27,795 nt of DNA. Origin: a virus (Duplodnaviria; Heunggongvirae; Uroviricota; Caudoviricetes). Position numbers and translations under genes: made by a program. Location: positions 1 through 27,795 of IMG/VR virus record IMGVR_UViG_2703718828_000002; one strand, written 5' to 3'. Shown one piece after another: positions 24,308 to 27,795 of this stretch (positions are counted from its first letter, which is position 1; every line of letters begins with the position of its first letter). Below the pieces are notes generated by a model. The model had not been told where the DNA came from and ran no database searches. It worked only from the letters and a program-made list of their open reading frames with translations.

Positions 24308-24886
24308 ATGAACGCACAATTAACCGAAATCATGCGCCTTATCACCAACCTGATCCGCACTGGTGTAGTCACCGAAGTGGACAGGACAAACTGGCTGTGT
24401 CGGGTGAAAACGGGCGACCTTGAAACTAACTGGATTAACTGGCTGACGCTGCGCGCGGGTAATGCCCGCACATGGTGGAAACCATCAGAAGGTGAGCAGG
24501 TGGTGCTGCTGAGTCTGGGCGGCAATCTGGAGACTGCCTTTGCGCTGCCCGCTGTCTATTCGAATCAGTTCGCACCACCGTCGACGTCGGCGGACGCCTG
24601 CGTGACAGAACATCCTGACGGTGGCTGGTTTGAATACGAACCCGCCACCGGGCGCTGGTATGTCAGGGGCATCAAATCAATGGTCATTGAGGCCGCTGAC
24701 AACATCACCATGAAAACCAGTGAGTTTGTACTGGAGGCTGACCGCACGCGCATTAACAGCGAAGTGGTGATCAATGGTGGCGTTACCCAGGGCGGCGGAG
24801 CGATGAGTTCTAACGGGATCGTGGTTGATGCGCATCAGCATACTGGCGTCCTGAAAGGCGGCGATACAACCGGAGGCCCGGTATGA
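24308..24886 (+). CDS. V: Baseplate spike protein (P2 gpV)
   Basis: 192 aa; ...LIRTGVVTEVD...WLTLRAGNARTWWKPSEGEQVVLL..GG.LETAF.LP..YS... collinear with P2 V. Confidence 0.9.
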   Translation: MNAQLTEIMRLITNLIRTGVVTEVDRTNWLCRVKTGDLETNWINWLTLRAGNARTWWKPSEGEQVVLLSLGGNLETAFALPAVYSNQFAPPSTSADACVTEHPDGGWFEYEPATGRWYVRGIKSMVIEAADNITMKTSEFVLEADRTRINSEVVINGGVTQGGGAMSSNGIVVDAHQHTGVLKGGDTTGGPV

Positions 24887-25242
24887 CGCTGTATATCGGC
24901 ATGAGTCAGAGCAACGGAAAAGCTATTACAGACACGGACCATCTGCGCCAGTCGGTGCGGGACATTTTGCTGACGCCACAGGGTAGCCGCATTGCCCGTC
25001 GGGAATATGGTTCCCTGCTGTCGGCGCTGATAGACCAGCCACAAAATCCGGCATTGCGCCTGCAGGTCATGTCGGCAGTGTATGTGGCGCTGAGTCGCTG
25101 GGAGCCACGGCTGACGCTGGATTCCATCACCATCAACAGCAACTTTGACGGTTCTATGGTGGTGGAGCTGACCGGGCGGCGGAATAACGGTGTACCTGTG
25201 TCCCTTTCCGTATCAACAGGAGCAGAGAATGGCAGTGATTGA
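24883..25242 (+). CDS. W: Baseplate wedge protein (P2 gpW, gp25-like)
   Basis: 119 aa; ATGA overlap with V; size and position match P2 W. Confidence 0.85.
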   Translation: MTLYIGMSQSNGKAITDTDHLRQSVRDILLTPQGSRIARREYGSLLSALIDQPQNPALRLQVMSAVYVALSRWEPRLTLDSITINSNFDGSMVVELTGRRNNGVPVSLSVSTGAENGSD

Positions 25243-26137
25243 CCCTTCGCAGTTGCCTGCACCGCAGATTGTGGATGTGCCGGACTTTGAGACGCTGCTT
25301 GCCGAACGCAAGGCAGAATTTGTGGCGCTTCATCCGAAAGATGAGCGGGAAGCAGTGATCCGCACGCTGGAACTGGAATCTGAACCCGCCACTAAATTGT
25401 TGCAGGAGAACGCTTACCGTGAGTTGCTTCTGCGCCAGCGCATTAACGAAGCCGCGCAGGCGGTGATGGTGGCTTACGCGATGGGCGGCGATCTTGACCA
25501 GCTCGCTGCCAACTACAACGTGACACGCCTGACGGTGACGCCTGCTGATAATGATGCTGTGCCGCCCGTTGCAGCTGTGATGGAAAGCGATGAAGCGTTG
25601 CGCCTGCGTGTGCCTGCAGCCTTTGAAGGGCTTTCTGTTGCGGGGCCAACTGCAGCTTATGAATTTCATGCCCGAAGCGCCGACGGTCGGGTGGCGGATG
25701 CCAGTGCAACCAGCCCGGCACCTGCAGAGGTGGTGCTGACTGTCCTTAGCCGCGAAGGCGATGGAACTGCAGAAAAAGACTTGCTGGACGTGGTGGAAAA
25801 AGCTCTGAACAGTGAGAACGTCCGCCCGGTGGCTGACCGTCTTACGGTTCGCAGCGCAGAAATCATCCCGTATCGCGTGGAAGCCACCATTTTTCTCTAT
25901 CCGGGACCGGAAGCAGAGCCGGTAATGGCAGCGGCAAAAGCCAGTCTGCAGAAGTACATTGCCAGCCAGACGAGGCTTGGTCGGGATATTCGCCGTAGCG
26001 CCATCTTTGCTGCTCTGCATGTTGAGGGTGTTCAACGTGTGGAACTGGCTTCTCCGCTGGCGGATGTGGTCCTGAACAAAACACAGGCGGCATCATGTAC
26101 GCAGTGGAGCGTAACCAACGGAGGAACGGATGAATAG
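25229..26137 (+). CDS. J: Baseplate assembly protein (P2 gpJ)
   Basis: ATG 25229 with AGGAGCAGAGA RBS; the track start at 25190 is an upstream extension; MAVIDPSQLPAP...ESEP..KLLQENAYRELL.RQR.NEAA.AVM.A.A.G.DLD... matches P2 J. Confidence 0.9.
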   Translation: MAVIDPSQLPAPQIVDVPDFETLLAERKAEFVALHPKDEREAVIRTLELESEPATKLLQENAYRELLLRQRINEAAQAVMVAYAMGGDLDQLAANYNVTRLTVTPADNDAVPPVAAVMESDEALRLRVPAAFEGLSVAGPTAAYEFHARSADGRVADASATSPAPAEVVLTVLSREGDGTAEKDLLDVVEKALNSENVRPVADRLTVRSAEIIPYRVEATIFLYPGPEAEPVMAAAKASLQKYIASQTRLGRDIRRSAIFAALHVEGVQRVELASPLADVVLNKTQAASCTQWSVTNGGTDE

Positions 26138-26735
26138 TCTGCTGCCACCGGGTTCAACTTCACTGGAGCGCCGACTGGCGCAAACCTGTAGCGGGATTTC
26201 TGATCTGCAGGTGCCGCTGCGTGACTTGTGGAATCCGGCTACCTGTCCGGTCAGCTTCCTGCCTTATCTCGCCTGGGCGTTCTCTGTGGATCGCTGGGAC
26301 GAGGGTTGGACAGAAAGCGTCAAACGCCAGGTAGTGAAGGATGCTTTTTATATTCATCAGCATAAAGGAACCACCAGTGCCGTGCGGCGGGTGGTGGAAC
26401 CGTTCGGATTCCTGATCCGCATTATTGAGTGGTGGCAGACCGGAGAAACACCGGGCACGTTTCGCCTGGATATCGGCGTGCAGGACCAGGGCATCACTGA
26501 AGATACCTATCTGGAACTTGAGCGACTGATAAGCGATGCCAAACCATGTAGCCGCCACATGATCGGCATGTCCATCAATCTGCAGACCAGCGGCCCGCAT
26601 TGGGTGGGAGCCGCCAGCTATCTTGGCGAAGAAATCACGATCTATCCGTATATCAACGAAACGATTATTTCCGGTGGCACCGCGCATGAAGGCGGGGCGG
26701 TCCATGTTATTGACACAATGAGAGTGAATCCATGA
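26130..26735 (+). CDS. I: Baseplate protein (P2 gpI)
   Basis: ...LWNPATCP...LP.LAWAFSVDRWDE.W.E..KR.V..DA..IH.HKGT..A.RRVVEP.G.LI...EWW......PGTFRLDIGV... matches P2 I. Confidence 0.9.
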   Translation: MNSLLPPGSTSLERRLAQTCSGISDLQVPLRDLWNPATCPVSFLPYLAWAFSVDRWDEGWTESVKRQVVKDAFYIHQHKGTTSAVRRVVEPFGFLIRIIEWWQTGETPGTFRLDIGVQDQGITEDTYLELERLISDAKPCSRHMIGMSINLQTSGPHWVGAASYLGEEITIYPYINETIISGGTAHEGGAVHVIDTMRVNP

Positions 26736-27795
26736 GCACAAAATTTTATACCCTGCTGACGGATATTGGCGCGGCGAAACTTGCCAGCGCCGCCGCGCTC
26801 GGTGTGCCGCTAAAAATTACCCATATGGCGGTGGGCGATGGCGGTGGAGTATTGCCAACGCCGGACGCAAAGCAGACGGCACTGGTAAATGAGAAACGCC
26901 GGGCTGCGCTGAATATGCTTTATATCGACCCGCAGAACAGCAGCCAGATTATTGCCGAACAGGTGATCCCTGAAAACGAGGGCGGTTGGTGGATACGTGA
27001 AGTGGGCCTGTTTGATGAGTCCGGGGCATTGATTGCCGTGGGCAACTGCCCGGAAAGCTATAAGCCGCAACTGGCTGAAGGTAGCGGGCGCACTCAGACC
27101 GTGCGCATGGTGCTGATTACCAGCAGTACGGACAATATCACCCTGAAAATCGACCCTGCTGTAGTGCTGGCAACCCGCAAGTATGTGGATGACAAGGCAC
27201 TGGAGCTGAAGGTGTACGCGGATGATCAGATGGCAAAACATCTTGCCGCACCGGACCCGCATTCACAGTACGCGCCAAAAGCCAACCCGACATTTACCGG
27301 AACCCCCAAAGCGCCAACGCCAGCGGCGGGGAATAATACCACGCAGGTTGCGACCACTGCGTTTGTACAGGCGGCACTGACGGCCCTTATTAATGGTGCG
27401 CCAGCCACGCTGGACACGCTGAAAGAAATAGCCGCAGCCATTAACAATGATCCGAATTTCAGTACCACCATTAACAATGCGCTGGCACTGAAAGCGCCGT
27501 TGTCGAGTCCGGCACTCACCGGAACGCCAACAGCACCTACTGCGGCACAGTCGGTCAACAATACACAGATTGCCACTACAGCTTTTGTGAAATCAGCGAT
27601 TGCGGCAATGGTGGGTTCTGCACCTGCTGCACTGGATACACTGAACGAACTGGCGGCGGCGCTGGGGAATGACCCGAACTTTGCCACGACAATGTTGAAT
27701 GCGCTGTCAGGCAAACAACCGCTGGACAATACGCTGACTAATTTGAGTGGAAAGGATGTTGCTGGTCTTCTCGCATACCTTGGTTTGGGAGAAGC
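26732..27795 (+). CDS. H: Tail fibre protein (P2 gpH), N-terminal part only; continues past the window end
   Basis: ATG 26732 in ATGA overlap with the I stop; reading frame open to the window edge; the conserved N-terminal domain (MS.KF.T..T..GAAKLA.A.A.G....I..MAVGDGGG.LP.PDA.QT.L..E..R.ALN...) matches P2 H. Confidence 0.9.
   Translation, partial: MSTKFYTLLTDIGAAKLASAAALGVPLKITHMAVGDGGGVLPTPDAKQTALVNEKRRAALNMLYIDPQNSSQIIAEQVIPENEGGWWIREVGLFDESGALIAVGNCPESYKPQLAEGSGRTQTVRMVLITSSTDNITLKIDPAVVLATRKYVDDKALELKVYADDQMAKHLAAPDPHSQYAPKANPTFTGTPKAPTPAAGNNTTQVATTAFVQAALTALINGAPATLDTLKEIAAAINNDPNFSTTINNALALKAPLSSPALTGTPTAPTAAQSVNNTQIATTAFVKSAIAAMVGSAPAALDTLNELAAALGNDPNFATTMLNALSGKQPLDNTLTNLSGKDVAGLLAYLGLGE
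27330..27740 (+). repeat. Tandem duplicated ~60-codon module inside the tail fibre gene
   Basis: Protein repeats NTTQVATTAFV...LDTLKEIAAAINNDPNFSTTINNAL and NNTQIATTAFV...LDTLNELAAALGNDPNFATTMLNAL; the corresponding nucleotide segments (from about 27332 and 27557) are recognisably similar. Confidence 0.5.

Larger units (their letters stand above)
2642..27795. mobile_element. P2/186-family (Fels-2-like) prophage, left end and most of the genome; right end outside the window
   Basis: Gene order att core, int, cI, apl, cII, early ORFs, dam, A, SOS module, cargo, cos, Q, P, O, N, M, L, X, lysis, R, S, V, W, J, I, H with P2-like protein sequences throughout. Confidence 0.85.

Noticed and set aside
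25154-26035. 293-aa minus-strand ORF
   Set aside because: Antisense across the W/J baseplate genes, which have strong homology support; Arg/His/Cys-rich low-complexity translation.
26160-27729. Minus-strand ORFs of 193, 150 and 167 aa
   Set aside because: Antisense to the baseplate I and tail fibre H genes; the 167-aa one is Ala/Gly/Val low-complexity mirroring the fibre repeats.
1-27795. CRISPR arrays, insertion sequences or transposases
   Set aside because: No regularly spaced direct repeats with unique spacers and no transposase-like ORF or terminal inverted repeats were seen; the only repeats are the regulatory sites and tail-fibre duplication listed above.

Overview
The window is a mosaic of two tandem integrative elements joined at a 45-nt copy of the 3-prime end of the tmRNA gene (ssrA, 2642..2686, minus strand). 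Left of it (1..2641) is the edge of a P4/CP4-57-type island: an ssrA-type tyrosine integrase (1264..2457, -) and an AT-rich DNA cytosine-5 methyltransferase (160..1191, -) converging on a gene that runs off the window. Right of it (2687..27795) is most of a P2/186-family (Fels-2-like) prophage. It runs int, CI-type repressor, apl/cII early operon, a Dam methylase, replication initiator A, a LexA-boxed DinI-like module, a candidate cos site, then the late genes Q, P, O, N, M, L, X, a lysis cassette, R, S, V, W, J, I and the start of tail fibre H. Two visibly AT-rich cargo blocks interrupt this backbone. The most interesting is at 12035..15056, in the A-to-cos slot where P2 itself carries accessory genes: a second cytosine-5 methyltransferase paralogous to the first, converging on a 652-aa protein with a GHKL (Bergerat-fold) ATPase N-terminus and a C-terminal D...ExK nuclease-like motif. 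I flag this pair as a candidate unclassified restriction-modification-like or anti-phage module. The second block is a 506-aa orphan ORF (2819..4339) translationally coupled to the prophage integrase. No CRISPR array, intact tRNA, rRNA or transposase was seen. All assignments rest on reading the supplied translations and the nucleotide sequence against recalled family motifs and P2/186 proteins; no database search or computation was run, so coordinates of small regulatory sites and the homology calls should be treated as hypotheses.
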